Program-made: the position numbers and the translations under genes
Shown here: piece after piece, positions 8,201-17,396 of the stretch
How the letters are laid out: every line of letters starts with the position of its first letter
Position numbering within the stretch: position 1 is the stretch's first letter
Notes under the pieces: generated by a model
The model's input: only the letters and a program-made list of their open reading frames with translations
Told to the model about the DNA's origin: nothing
Databases searched by the model: none
Assembly (NCBI RefSeq): GCF_003966335.1
Contig: NZ_CP034549.1
Coordinates: 1,350,001 to 1,382,000 of the forward strand
Length of the DNA: 32,000 bases
Direction: 5' to 3'
From: Nonlabens ponticola
GTDB lineage: Bacteria > Bacteroidota > Bacteroidia > Flavobacteriales > Flavobacteriaceae

Positions 8201-8353
8201 TTAGTCGCGATCCTTATCATAGCCATACGGACAATGGCGACAGCCGCTCTTGCAACAATAGCCGCGTTTAAGATGATATTGTTCTGTAAAGCAGCGGTAA
8301 CCTTCTGGAGTGAGGTAGTAATCGCCATCTTCCACAGGAATGATCTTTTTCAT
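8201..8353 (-). CDS. small cysteine-rich protein, DUF5522-like
   Basis: Hand-translated 50-aa ORF, below the track cutoff: MKKIIPVEDGDYYLTPEGYRCFTEQYHLKRGYCCKSGCRHCPYGYDKDRD. The RGYCCxxGCRHCPY signature matches my recollection of DUF5522. It starts 18 nt downstream of the stop of the preceding minus-strand gene. Confidence 0.6.
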   Translation of the reverse strand: MKKIIPVEDGDYYLTPEGYRCFTEQYHLKRGYCCKSGCRHCPYGYDKDRD

Positions 8354-8370
8354 CCTGTAAAGGTAGTGGG

Positions 8371-10287
8371 TTATTTTACTTTGGTAATGGTAAAGTTTGC
8401 TGCACCTATGGAACGTATAACGACTGGCTCAGTACTTGTGGTTTCTCCTGAAACTAATATGGAAACATCATCGCCAGCCTGAAGCTCAACAGTTTCATTG
8501 ATTATTATAGTACTCGCATCATGTGACTCTTGACGTCGTATGTAGCTATTTGAAGATGTTGCCCCAGTAATAATATCAACGCCACCTCTAGTGACCTCAA
8601 TTTCTGCGTCAATATTTGTTCTATTGGTACCAGAGGTACGAATAATTGGAATATTTACCTTAATCTCATAACGTCCGTCTTCACCTATGATAAGGTCATT
8701 ACCATTGGCAGACAATTCCACAGGTGCAAAGAGCGCATTATCATCATTCCATACCTGAAAACCAAATAGAGGCACCTCGTCGGCAGGATTGACATTTAGG
8801 TTGATTGTATTATTATTGCTTGTAAATCTTGCAGATCTGCTTTCGGGAGTTTGAGGCACCCAACGTGTGCCATTCCAGTAATAAAAGCCAGGCCGCACAT
8901 CATTATTATAACCAGCAGGTGTGAAATTAGTTGCTGTATTGAATACCAATAATCCAGTCGCTGGATTTGCTATTGGGCCTTGTTGAGACGCGTCAGTCAA
9001 AGCAACTCGATTTATCAACAAGCCCTGATTTGTTGATCCCATATCTATCGCCGCACTTGCATTAGGTGTGGCATTGTCGATGCCTACAGATCCTGTCGCT
9101 TTAATATTAATGTTGTCTACAACTGTTAATGCAGTGTTACCATCGTTTTCAATACCAATACTGAGTAATGCATTCTCAGGACTAGTACCAACATTATTAT
9201 TGTCATCAAATTGTATGTAGGCATAATCACTGCCTTTGTTTTCGGCACTAGGAAAGATTATGGACGATGAACCGCCTGCATCATTGTGTTCTATTATTAG
9301 TGAGCCTTGAGTTGGACTGGACTCAGTACCTACTTCCTCAACTATATGCAATTTACCTGCTGGGTCAGTAGTTCCTATACCAATATCACTGTTAGAATTT
9401 ATGGCAAAAGTATCATTGTCATCGATTTTAAAATCGATGCTATTATTTGTAGCAAAGATGAACGGTGCATTGAGATCAGTAGGATCTGCAGGAATGATGT
9501 TCAAGTTGCGGTTTGCACTATTTTCAATTCTCAACAAATTGTCATTAGTTTGAATTGTACGATCACCTGTTAGTGTCCCATTCGTATTATAAATATTACC
9601 AGAGTATGCGCCTGTGTCTTGACGTACTACATCACCATTTGCATCAACGCCCAAAATGCCTGTGGCTGTTCCATTAAGGGTCGCATCAGCATATTCTGGT
9701 AGTGTAATGCTACCATTCTCATTAAGTTCCAGAGTGGATTCTACCAGACTAGGGTCAGGATTGTTGCCTTGTGTGGCAAAAACCAATTTACCTTGCGTAG
9801 CTGTATTCAAATAAATAGCAGCATCATAACTATTACCGCTATTGCGAAAGGCTATACCTAGAGAATCCGCGTTGCTGGTGCGTCTTAAAGTCAAGGCATT
9901 TTCTCCTAATGAGCTGTTGATTTGCAATCTATTATTAGCGGCGTTAATTTCTCTATCACCGCTTAAGTTTCCATCCGTATTGTAAACAGAGGTATCCTCA
10001 TCTGCCTCAGCCAGTCGTTCCCAGGTGTTGCCATCCCAAAAATAAAAACCTTCACCAGTTGTAGTATTAGTATTATAAACCATGGTACCAACTGGAGTGC
10101 CGGTAGGTAAAGGTGTTACCGTGCCTAGATTTGCTATACTCGCCTTAGTGATAAGCAATCCTTCTGTACCATCACCTTCTAGGTGCAGCAGCGTACCATC
10201 TGCTGGGGTAGCCGTACCTATACCGACCTGTGCCTGTACAGTAATTGTTAATACAAATAAAAATAAACAGAGTAACCTTAAAATCAT
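8371..10287 (-). CDS. secreted repetitive surface protein, tail-fibre-like with a C-terminal C1q/BclA-like jelly-roll (function unknown)
   Basis: The ORF is open to 10317 (TTG). ATG at 10287 gives the signal peptide MILRLLCLFLFVLTITVQAQ. Modules are duplicated: VGIGTATP/IGIGTTDP/GSVGIDNATP, YNTDGNLSGDREI/YNTNGTLTGDRTI, and GFYFWDGNTW/GFYYWNGTRW. The last ~140 aa have a beta-sandwich-like pattern (GRYEIKVNI then LQAGDDVSILV). Confidence 0.6.
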   Translation of the reverse strand: MILRLLCLFLFVLTITVQAQVGIGTATPADGTLLHLEGDGTEGLLITKASIANLGTVTPLPTGTPVGTMVYNTNTTTGEGFYFWDGNTWERLAEADEDTSVYNTDGNLSGDREINAANNRLQINSSLGENALTLRRTSNADSLGIAFRNSGNSYDAAIYLNTATQGKLVFATQGNNPDPSLVESTLELNENGSITLPEYADATLNGTATGILGVDANGDVVRQDTGAYSGNIYNTNGTLTGDRTIQTNDNLLRIENSANRNLNIIPADPTDLNAPFIFATNNSIDFKIDDNDTFAINSNSDIGIGTTDPAGKLHIVEEVGTESSPTQGSLIIEHNDAGGSSSIIFPSAENKGSDYAYIQFDDNNNVGTSPENALLSIGIENDGNTALTVVDNINIKATGSVGIDNATPNASAAIDMGSTNQGLLINRVALTDASQQGPIANPATGLLVFNTATNFTPAGYNNDVRPGFYYWNGTRWVPQTPESRSARFTSNNNTINLNVNPADEVPLFGFQVWNDDNALFAPVELSANGNDLIIGEDGRYEIKVNIPIIRTSGTNRTNIDAEIEVTRGGVDIITGATSSNSYIRRQESHDASTIIINETVELQAGDDVSILVSGETTSTEPVVIRSIGAANFTITKVK

Positions 10288-10532
10288 AATTTGATCGACT
10301 TTTTTAATTCGGCGCAAAGATAAACTGCGTATTTTCAGCGATATAGCGGTTTTATGCTAATTGATCGTTAAGCTTATGACCTTTAAATCTTAATATTTTA
10401 TCTATTGTTAACTCAAAGCCGATAATTTTTCTGTTAATCGATACATTTAACATTTGGTAATTTAGAGAGTTACGTATAAATAATCGTTTGAAGTGACAAT
10501 AGTTATTATATTGGCTTTTCAAATTAATCTAG

Positions 10533-10868
10533 GTGATTATCATACTCAAGCAATTGAAGCTTCTCAATATTGATGGTATCACCCTATATCCATTTGTCCT
10601 CCTGCGTGAACGTGAAATGTCACATGATAAACAATTGATAAATCATGAGTACATTCATTTGAGACAACAATTAGAGTTGCTCATCATTCCTTTTTATCTA
10701 TGGTATATATTGGAGTATTTAGCTTTGAGATTGAAATACAGTCATCGTACTGCATACCGTAATATTGTTTTTGAGAAAGAGGCATATTCAATGGATACTA
10801 ATCAAGAGTACCTAGAATCTAGATCTATCTGGGCGTTTGTGAAATTCTATAATGCAAGAACAAAATGA
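10533..10868 (+). CDS. small membrane-associated HExxH protein (putative metallohydrolase, family unknown)
   Basis: 111 aa. HEYIH motif followed by a hydrophobic segment, LELLIIPFYLWYILEYL. The GTG start is from the track. Its stop overlaps the next gene's start (ATGA at 10865-10868). Confidence 0.45.
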   Translation: MIIILKQLKLLNIDGITLYPFVLLREREMSHDKQLINHEYIHLRQQLELLIIPFYLWYILEYLALRLKYSHRTAYRNIVFEKEAYSMDTNQEYLESRSIWAFVKFYNARTK

Positions 10869-11815
10869 CTTGGAATCTAATATTTGAACCTCAAGACTCC
10901 ATCAATCAATTATTTAAAGATATTGGTGACACTCGCATCAATATAAAACGTGATGATTTATTACACCCTAGTGTATCGGGCAATAAACTGCGCAAGCTCA
11001 AATACAACCTAAGGGATTTCTTAAATTCGGATAAGAGCGCCGTGTTAACTTATGGCGGTGCGCATTCAAATCATATTGCAGCAACCGCTGCGGCAGGTCA
11101 ACTATTAGGAATACAAACAATCGGTGTTATACGAGGAGAAGAATTAGCTCATGACATCGAGAAAACCTTACAACATAATAGCACTCTCAGGCTTGCCCAT
11201 GACAAGGGTATGAAGTTGCATTTTATGGATCGTGAATCCTATAAACACAAGAATGCTCAAATAGTGCAAAACAGATTAGTAGAAGAGCATGGTAACTACT
11301 ACGACATTCCCGAAGGCGGCACAAACGATCTAGCCATAAAAGGAACCGCCCAGATCTTAACTGAAAATGATAAAAACACCTACCAAATAATTGCCGTGGC
11401 GGCTGGTACCGGTGGTACCGCAGCTGGAATTATCGAATCTAGCAGTTCTAATCAATTTGTGTTCGTTTTTAGCGCTTTGAAGGGCGATTTTCTCAAGAAG
11501 GAGATTTCAAAATATACTAGGCGCACCAATTTTGAGGTAGTGAGTGAGAATACATTTGGTGGTTATGCACGATCTAATGATGTGTTGATTAGTTATATGA
11601 ACGTTAGCTTTCGCGAAAGCGGAATTCCTCTCGATCCTATCTACACGGCAAAGATGATGTACGGTCTAGAACTGCTGATTCAGCAAGGTGTCATTAGCAG
11701 TAAAACTCGTATTTTAGCGATTCATACGGGCGGTTTACAAGGCATCAAAGATTACAATGCCATGCTGCTTAAAAAAGGTCGCATCACGATTGATTATGCA
11801 AGTGAGATTCTATAA
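10865..11815 (+). CDS. PLP-dependent 1-aminocyclopropane-1-carboxylate deaminase / D-cysteine desulfhydrase family protein
   Basis: 316 aa. GNKLRKLKYNL (candidate PLP lysine), YGGAHSNHIAATAAAG and AAGTGGTAAG are typical of this fold-type II family. Confidence 0.8.
   Translation: MTWNLIFEPQDSINQLFKDIGDTRINIKRDDLLHPSVSGNKLRKLKYNLRDFLNSDKSAVLTYGGAHSNHIAATAAAGQLLGIQTIGVIRGEELAHDIEKTLQHNSTLRLAHDKGMKLHFMDRESYKHKNAQIVQNRLVEEHGNYYDIPEGGTNDLAIKGTAQILTENDKNTYQIIAVAAGTGGTAAGIIESSSSNQFVFVFSALKGDFLKKEISKYTRRTNFEVVSENTFGGYARSNDVLISYMNVSFRESGIPLDPIYTAKMMYGLELLIQQGVISSKTRILAIHTGGLQGIKDYNAMLLKKGRITIDYASEIL
11607..11621. repeat. iterated palindrome copy 6 (GCTTTCGCGAAAGCG)
   Basis: Inside the ACC-deaminase-family CDS. 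Reads SFRES. Confidence 0.95.
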
Positions 11816-12614
11816 ATACGGTTGCTTTTTTTTACTACTCATCATCTTGACCAGTTGTGGATCTAAAAAGATTCCCACAACACGAGAAGATCAACGTACC
11901 ACTAGACCACAACCGCGAGTGGTAAAGGAAACCGAAGAAAAAGTTACTCAAGAAATCAAGCCTGTTTTCAAGGATCAAGTATCTGCTTACATTGACGAGT
12001 TTGCACAAGATGCGATGGAAGAAATGGCACTCTATAAAATTCCTGCAAGCATTACACTGGCTCAAGGAATTCTAGAAAGTGGATCGGGAAAAGGTCGACT
12101 TGCCGTTGAGGCAAATAACCATTTTGGCGTTAAGTGCCATAAAGGCTGGACTGGCGGTAGGATTTATCACGATGACGATGCTGCGCAAGAATGTTTTAGA
12201 AAATACAAGGATGCTAGTTACAGTTATAGAGATCACTCCTTATTCTTGACGCAGCGCAAGCAGTATAGTAAATTGTTTGAATTAGATCTAGACGATTACA
12301 AAGCATGGGCTCGTGGATTGCGTGCTGCAGGTTATGCCACGGATATAAGGTATCCACAAAAACTCATCAGCCTTATCGAGCGTTACCAACTAGATCGATA
12401 TGACGATGAAGTGTTGGGCAATACTAATGTACGCACTCAACCAGCAGCGATGGTTGCCGATCAGTTAAATTATACTATTAAGGCAGGCGACACGCTATAC
12501 GGTCTTTCTAAAAAATTCAATACCAGCGTTAATCGCATTAAGATCATTAATGGACTCAAGAGTAATGAGATCGCCGTAGGCGCGACCATACTTATCGAGC
12601 CAGATTCAAAATAA
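11796..12614 (+). CDS. lipoprotein with N-acetylglucosaminidase (FlgJ-type) domain and C-terminal LysM domain
   Basis: The internal ATG at 11796 gives the lipobox LLLIILTSCGS. Glucosaminidase motifs: LAQGILESGSGKG, NNHFGVKCH and GYATDIRYPQKLI. LysM: YTIKAGDTLYGLSKKFNTSVNRIKIINGL. Confidence 0.8.
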   Translation: MQVRFYKYGCFFLLLIILTSCGSKKIPTTREDQRTTRPQPRVVKETEEKVTQEIKPVFKDQVSAYIDEFAQDAMEEMALYKIPASITLAQGILESGSGKGRLAVEANNHFGVKCHKGWTGGRIYHDDDAAQECFRKYKDASYSYRDHSLFLTQRKQYSKLFELDLDDYKAWARGLRAAGYATDIRYPQKLISLIERYQLDRYDDEVLGNTNVRTQPAAMVADQLNYTIKAGDTLYGLSKKFNTSVNRIKIINGLKSNEIAVGATILIEPDSK

Positions 12615-12620
12615 TATTTC

Positions 12621-13913
12621 ATGTCTTTTACCTATCAACGTAGTAGCGCTCTATTTAAAGAGGCTCAACAATATATTCCTGGTGGTGTCAATTCTCCAGT
12701 ACGCGCCTTTAACGCTGTAGGCGGCGATCCTGTTTATGTAGAAAAGGCCAAAGGTGCCTACCTACACACCGCAGATGGCAACCAGCTTATTGATTACATA
12801 GCTTCTTGGGGTCCCATGATTTTGGGACATGCATTTGAACCAGTGGTTGAGGCTGTGGTAAAAGCCACTAAGAATGGTACTTCTTATGGAATGCCCACCG
12901 AAATTGAGACTCAAATCGCAAAGCTCGTAGTGAGCATGGCACCTAATATTGATCAGGTGCGAATGGTAAATTCAGGAACCGAGGCGTGCATGAGTGCCGT
13001 GCGACTGGCTCGCGGTTTCACTGGTCGAGACAAGATCATCAAATTTGCTGGTTGTTATCACGGTCACAGCGATTCTTTCCTGATTCAAGCGGGTAGCGGT
13101 GCAGTAACCTTTGGTAGTCCCAATAGTCCTGGCGTTACCGCTGGTACCGCAAAAGATACTTTGCTAGCACCTTACAATAATCTGGATGCGGTGAAAGAAA
13201 TCTTTGAGAAAAATATAGAACAGATTGCTTGTGTAATCATAGAGCCTATTGCTGGAAATATGGGCTGTATCATTCCGCAGGACGGTTTTCTAGAAGGTAT
13301 TAGAGAATTGTGCGATGCACATGGCTCTTTGTTTGTGTTTGATGAGGTGATGACAGGCTTCCGCCTTGCGCCAGGTGGTGCCCAGGAAACAACAGGAGTC
13401 AAGGCAGACATTGTGACTTATGGTAAAGTAATAGGTGGTGGATTGCCGGTAGGTGCTTTTGCGGCACGTCAAGAAATTATGAACCATCTGGCGCCCATTG
13501 GTCCAGTGTATCAGGCAGGAACCTTGAGTGGTAATCCGTTAGCGATGAGTGCTGGTCTTGCCATGTTACATCATCTTAACTCCAATAAAGAAGTATTTAC
13601 CAGTCTAGCAAAGAAAACAGAATACCTTCATAAAGGCATTGATGAAGCGTTGTCAAGCAAAGGAATCGATTACCAGATCAATAGATATGGCAGCATGATG
13701 TCGGTGCACTTTACAGACAAGCCAGTAGTTGATTTTCAAAGTGCTGCAACTGGAAATAACGATTGGTTTAAAAAATACTTTCATGGCTTGCTAGAACACG
13801 GTATTTATTTACCGCCTAGTGCTTTTGAAAGTTACTTTTTAAATGACGCGTTGAGTTATGCAGATCTAGATAAAACGATTCACGCCACTAGCGATGTTGT
13901 TGGTAGCTGGTAA
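12621..13913 (+). CDS. hemL: glutamate-1-semialdehyde 2,1-aminomutase
   Basis: 430 aa. [35 protein letters not shown] and [14 protein letters not shown] (PLP lysine context) are classic HemL signatures. Confidence 0.93.
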   Translation: MSFTYQRSSALFKEAQQYIPGGVNSPVRAFNAVGGDPVYVEKAKGAYLHTADGNQLIDYIASWGPMILGHAFEPVVEAVVKATKNGTSYGMPTEIETQIAKLVVSMAPNIDQVRMVNSGTEACMSAVRLARGFTGRDKIIKFAGCYHGHSDSFLIQAGSGAVTFGSPNSPGVTAGTAKDTLLAPYNNLDAVKEIFEKNIEQIACVIIEPIAGNMGCIIPQDGFLEGIRELCDAHGSLFVFDEVMTGFRLAPGGAQETTGVKADIVTYGKVIGGGLPVGAFAARQEIMNHLAPIGPVYQAGTLSGNPLAMSAGLAMLHHLNSNKEVFTSLAKKTEYLHKGIDEALSSKGIDYQINRYGSMMSVHFTDKPVVDFQSAATGNNDWFKKYFHGLLEHGIYLPPSAFESYFLNDALSYADLDKTIHATSDVVGSW

Positions 13914-13946
13914 GCGCCTAAGGTGTCTGAATATTAATTATATTTC

Positions 13947-14423
13947 TTAGCGTAAAAAACTCTTGCGATAGATAGCATAATTTTCTTCTCCTAAAAACTC
14001 GCGTAGTGCGGTAGGAAATCTTTTATTAGGTGTGGTAGATTCCTCACCAATTTTAGCTTTTACCGTGGTGTTTTCATTTGCTGGAACATTTTTATAGTTC
14101 TCTAGAAACGCTTGCAATTCAATTCTTCTACCTTCTAGTAATTGAGCAGCTTGCATGATACTTTGAACACTGGGTAGCTGGTTTACTGCTTGAATAGTTT
14201 TAAATGCTACTGGCTTTGCAACTATTTTTACGTCCATTGACTCAGCTTTTATGGGCGTACTGTTAGTTATGACTTGAAAAGGCTGGCGATTTTCAGCTGC
14301 GGTTGCTTTGGGAGTTGTTTCCTGGCTGGGTTTTAGGACATTAATTTTCTCAAATTTAACGGGAGCCTGTTGCGCACTAACGCCTAAACCACACAATAGA
14401 ATTACTAAAACTAAATATCTCAT
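13947..14423 (-). CDS. hypothetical secreted protein
   Basis: 158-aa ORF with signal peptide MRYLVLVILLCGLGVSAQQ. I recognise no family. Confidence 0.45.
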   Translation of the reverse strand: MRYLVLVILLCGLGVSAQQAPVKFEKINVLKPSQETTPKATAAENRQPFQVITNSTPIKAESMDVKIVAKPVAFKTIQAVNQLPSVQSIMQAAQLLEGRRIELQAFLENYKNVPANENTTVKAKIGEESTTPNKRFPTALREFLGEENYAIYRKSFLR

Positions 14424-14587
14424 GACACATATTTAAAAGAAATATATGCAATAGAAATCTTTTTCACCGATAAAGGAAGTGAAAAACCGACTAAGAACAC
14501 CAATGTCTTTAAATCTGATCGGTGAATAACACTATTATCATATTTCTATCAGACGGCAGATTGTATTGATAAAGTACCGCATGGCAA

Positions 14588-14622
14588 GAAAAAAGCCTGA
14601 AAGCAATTACTGCAATCAGGCT
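14588..14622 (-). terminator. possible intrinsic terminator after the LTxxQ protein gene
   Basis: On the minus strand, AGCCTGA, then a 15-nt loop, then TCAGGCT, followed by TTTTTT. The stem is short and the loop long. Confidence 0.4.
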
Positions 14623-14644
14623 CACATCATCAACCAAATAAAAA

Positions 14645-15076
14645 TTATTTACCTCGTCTTGGACGATCTTCTCTGCGATCAGACATTCTTTTGCGAGCTT
14701 GCATTTTCTTACGAGCCATTTGCTTTTCAAATTTTTCGTATTGCTCTTCGTTCAAGATGTCTTTCATAGCGCGCTTCATTTCGATTTGCTTGGCAAGTCT
14801 TTCTTCTTGTAGCTCAAGCTTTTGCTCTGCGGTGAGTTTTTGACGTTCCTCGCGAGTCATTTTGTTTTCCTGACGATCCATTTGCTTTTCAAGAATTAAT
14901 TGTTTGACTTGATTTTGCTGTTTATCAGATAAATCTAACGCCAATGTCATTTTTTGCGCCTGGATGGTTGCTGTCTGTTCAGGATTTGCATTTTTGGCTA
15001 GCATTCTAGGATTGCGTTGTGCATTGGCACCTATCATAGCAAAAATCATCACAAGTGGTAAAAGGAAATTTTTCAT
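14645..15076 (-). CDS. periplasmic LTxxQ-motif protein (Spy/CpxP-like), highly charged
   Basis: 143 aa with signal peptide MKNFLLPLVMIFAMIGANAQ. It repeats LxxxQ-type motifs (LSDKQQNQV, LTAEQKLEL, LNEEQYEKF) and has a basic tail. Confidence 0.5.
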   Translation of the reverse strand: MKNFLLPLVMIFAMIGANAQRNPRMLAKNANPEQTATIQAQKMTLALDLSDKQQNQVKQLILEKQMDRQENKMTREERQKLTAEQKLELQEERLAKQIEMKRAMKDILNEEQYEKFEKQMARKKMQARKRMSDRREDRPRRGK

Positions 15077-15186
15077 AGTGTATGTATTTGTTTGTTACAC
15101 ACTTATGACGCAGCTTTTCTGGTTAGGTTTAATGGTATGAAAGATTTCAGTCATATTTATTCAGGAAAATACAGACTTAGCTCAAC

Positions 15187-15216
15187 AAAAAAGCCGCTGT
15201 TTGTACAGCGGCTTTT
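15187..15216 (-). terminator. intrinsic terminator after lysS
   Basis: AAAAGCCGCTGT-TTGT-ACAGCGGCTTTT. On the minus strand the hairpin is followed by TTTTTT. Confidence 0.8.
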
Positions 15217-15236
15217 ACTATAATTAAATATCGGGC

Positions 15237-16928
15237 TTATAACACCTCAATAAACAAACCGTCATCGGTTTTACTGACCTTGGCGACTTTCTTGCTTGTT
15301 AGTCCTTTTACAGCCTTATCCCATTTTTTATTGGATAATCCTGATTCTGCTTTTAGGTCATTCAGGTCAGCTTTTTGATGTTTTTTGAGTCTTTCAAATA
15401 CTACTTTTTCATCCTCATTGAGCTCCACGCCAGCTTTTTTCTCTGGTCGCATTTGTGGGAAGAACAACACTTCTTGAATCGACGGATTATTGGTTAGGAA
15501 CATAATCAAGCGATCCATACCTATTCCTAGTCCTGAAGTTGGTGGCATACCATATTCCAGCGCTCTCAAGAAATCCTGATCAATAAACATAGCCTCGTCA
15601 TCACCACGATCTGCTAGTGCAGCCTGCGCTTCAAAACGCTCACGTTGATCGATAGGGTCATTCAACTCAGTATAGGCATTAGCGATTTCCTTACCGCAAA
15701 CCATGAGTTCAAAACGCTCTGTCAAATTAGGATCGTCCCTATGTGATTTACACAACGGGCTCATTTCTTTGGGATAATCTGTAATGAAAGTCGGTTGGAT
15801 AAAGTTGCCTTCGCATTTCTCACCAAAGATCTCGTCAATCAACTTGCCTTTCCCCATGGTTTCATCTACGTCGATTTGTTGCGCTTTCGCGAAAGCGTAC
15901 AACTCTTGCTCACTTTTACCCGTAATGTCAAAACCAGTGTATTTGATGATCGCATCAGTCATGGTCACACGTGGGTACGGTGCTTTCCACTCAATCTCAT
16001 GCTCACCAAAAGTACTTGTCGTCTTACCATTCACCTTTACCGCACAGTGCTCCAGCAGGTTCTCGGTAAACTCCATCATCCAGTTGTAATCCTTGTAGGC
16101 TACATAGATTTCCATCGCGGTAAATTCTGGATTGTGCGTGCGGTCCATACCTTCATTCCTGAAGTTCTTGCTGAATTCATACACACCATCAAAACCGCCC
16201 ACGATCAAACGCTTCAGGTACAACTCATTGGCAATACGCATATATAGCGGTATGTCTAGCGAGTTGTGGTGCGTGATAAAAGGTTTGGCCGCGGCGCCAC
16301 CTGGAATGGGTTGTAGGATAGGAGTTTCAACCTCAAAATACTCACGATTGTTGAAGAATGAACGCATGGCGTTGAAAAGCTTGGTGCGCTTGACAAAAAC
16401 TTCCTTCACATCTGGATTGACCACAAGATCTGCATAGCGCTGGCGATAGCGCATTTCTGGATCATTAAACTCGTCGTATGTATTTCCATCAGCATCTGTT
16501 TTAGGTAATGGCAGTGGTTTTAATGCCTTGCTCAACAACTCAAAGTTCTTGACCATGATAGTTTGCTCGCCTACCTGCGTGGTAAAAAGCTCGCCTTCAA
16601 TACCTATAAAATCACCTATGTCTAGTAATTTTTTATAGACCTCATTATATAATGTTTTATCATCATCAGGACATATCTCGTCACGATTAAAATAGACCTG
16701 GATTCTACCGGTGCTGTCCTGCAACTCTGCAAACGATGCCTTTCCTTGAATACGTCTCGACATCAATCGTCCAGCTACAATTACCTTTTTTTCTTCTTGA
16801 AAATCAGCTTTGATGGACGCCGCAGTCGCATCTACATGATATTGCGCCGCTGGATATGGATTGATTCCCATCTCACGCAATTTGTCTAGTTTATCTCTTC
16901 TTACGATTTCCTGTTCAGAAAGTGGCAT
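15237..16928 (-). CDS. lysS: lysine--tRNA ligase (class II) with Bacteroidota-type C-terminal extension
   Basis: The ORF is open to 16967. ATG at 16928 (MPLSEQEIVRRDKL) fits the LysRS N-terminus. Class II motifs: FRNEGMDRTHNPEFT, ELMVCGKEIANAYTELNDP and GLGIGMDRLIMFLT. Confidence 0.93.
   Translation of the reverse strand: MPLSEQEIVRRDKLDKLREMGINPYPAAQYHVDATAASIKADFQEEKKVIVAGRLMSRRIQGKASFAELQDSTGRIQVYFNRDEICPDDDKTLYNEVYKKLLDIGDFIGIEGELFTTQVGEQTIMVKNFELLSKALKPLPLPKTDADGNTYDEFNDPEMRYRQRYADLVVNPDVKEVFVKRTKLFNAMRSFFNNREYFEVETPILQPIPGGAAAKPFITHHNSLDIPLYMRIANELYLKRLIVGGFDGVYEFSKNFRNEGMDRTHNPEFTAMEIYVAYKDYNWMMEFTENLLEHCAVKVNGKTTSTFGEHEIEWKAPYPRVTMTDAIIKYTGFDITGKSEQELYAFAKAQQIDVDETMGKGKLIDEIFGEKCEGNFIQPTFITDYPKEMSPLCKSHRDDPNLTERFELMVCGKEIANAYTELNDPIDQRERFEAQAALADRGDDEAMFIDQDFLRALEYGMPPTSGLGIGMDRLIMFLTNNPSIQEVLFFPQMRPEKKAGVELNEDEKVVFERLKKHQKADLNDLKAESGLSNKKWDKAVKGLTSKKVAKVSKTDDGLFIEVL
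15882..15897. repeat. iterated palindrome copy 7 (exact 16-mer, right flank TA)
   Basis: Inside lysS (minus strand). Reads YAFAKA. Confidence 0.95.
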
Positions 16929-17022
16929 AGTTACATCTTCTTTAAGCGGGCAAAGATAACCTTGCACATTGGTGTGACAAAGAGTATTAGCACGAGACTA
17001 ACAAGGAGGATTTTAAAGTTTC

Positions 17023-17037
17023 CGCTTTCGCGAAAGC
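17023..17037. repeat. iterated palindrome copy 8 (CGCTTTCGCGAAAGC)
   Basis: Intergenic, about 95 nt upstream of the lysS start. Confidence 0.95.
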
Positions 17038-17127
17038 TGAATAACCACAATCTCACTGCAGCATTTATAATATCGTTTTAAATCATAGATTTGAAGTTAT
17101 CTATTGATAGCATAAAAACTAAGACCT

Positions 17128-17286
17128 ATGTCCATATGGAGAGTAATATTAGCGATCATTATGCCACCGCTAGCTGTGCTGGATAAAGGCTGTGGTTCTA
17201 TTCTTATCGTTTTTATACTCACGCTGTTAGGATGGATTCCTGGTGTGATCGCGGCGTTGATTATTTTGAATAATCCAGATAGGTAA
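17128..17286 (+). CDS. YqaE/Pmp3 (UPF0057) family small membrane protein
   Basis: Hand-translated 52-aa ORF, below the track cutoff: MSIWRVILAIIMPPLAVLDKGCGSILIVFILTLLGWIPGVIAALIILNNPDR. PPLAV and LGWIPGVI are family hallmarks. Confidence 0.7.
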   Translation: MSIWRVILAIIMPPLAVLDKGCGSILIVFILTLLGWIPGVIAALIILNNPDR

Positions 17287-17330
17287 AGAGGTCTTTGATT
17301 AATCCCTATGGCAGCGCTATGTATATTTAT

Positions 17331-17359
17331 ACGTGTGGGTTCAAGTCCCATCCTAGGCA
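17331..17359 (+). other. isolated tRNA 3'-end-like fragment (T-arm plus acceptor 3' strand), not an intact tRNA
   Basis: GTGGG-TTCAAGT-CCCAT forms a T stem-loop and is followed by CCTAGGC-A. The antisense ORF reads GLEPT, the usual tRNA ghost. I could not fold any D arm or anticodon arm upstream, and the 5' acceptor match is only partial (AGATAGG at 17277-17283). Confidence 0.4.
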
Positions 17360-17396
17360 CTGTGATCAATCCTAAAGCTATTCCTACCTTTACATC

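Noticed and set aside
8195-8482. 95-aa plus-strand ORF
   Set aside because: It overlaps the minus-strand DUF5522-like ORF and the 3' end of the large surface protein gene. Its composition is Ala/Ile-rich, as expected for antisense translation.
9848-9856. GCGAAAGGC half-motif in the surface protein gene
   Set aside because: Only one arm matches and there is no palindromic partner.
17277-17359. Intact class II tRNA (about 83 nt)
   Set aside because: Only the T-arm and the 3' acceptor strand are convincing. The D-arm and anticodon arm cannot be folded, and the acceptor pairing has three mismatches.
17097-17369. 90-aa minus-strand ORF (…GLEPTRINIH…)
   Set aside because: It is antisense to the Pmp3-like gene and to the tRNA-like fragment. 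GLEPT is the usual translation artefact of a tRNA T-arm.
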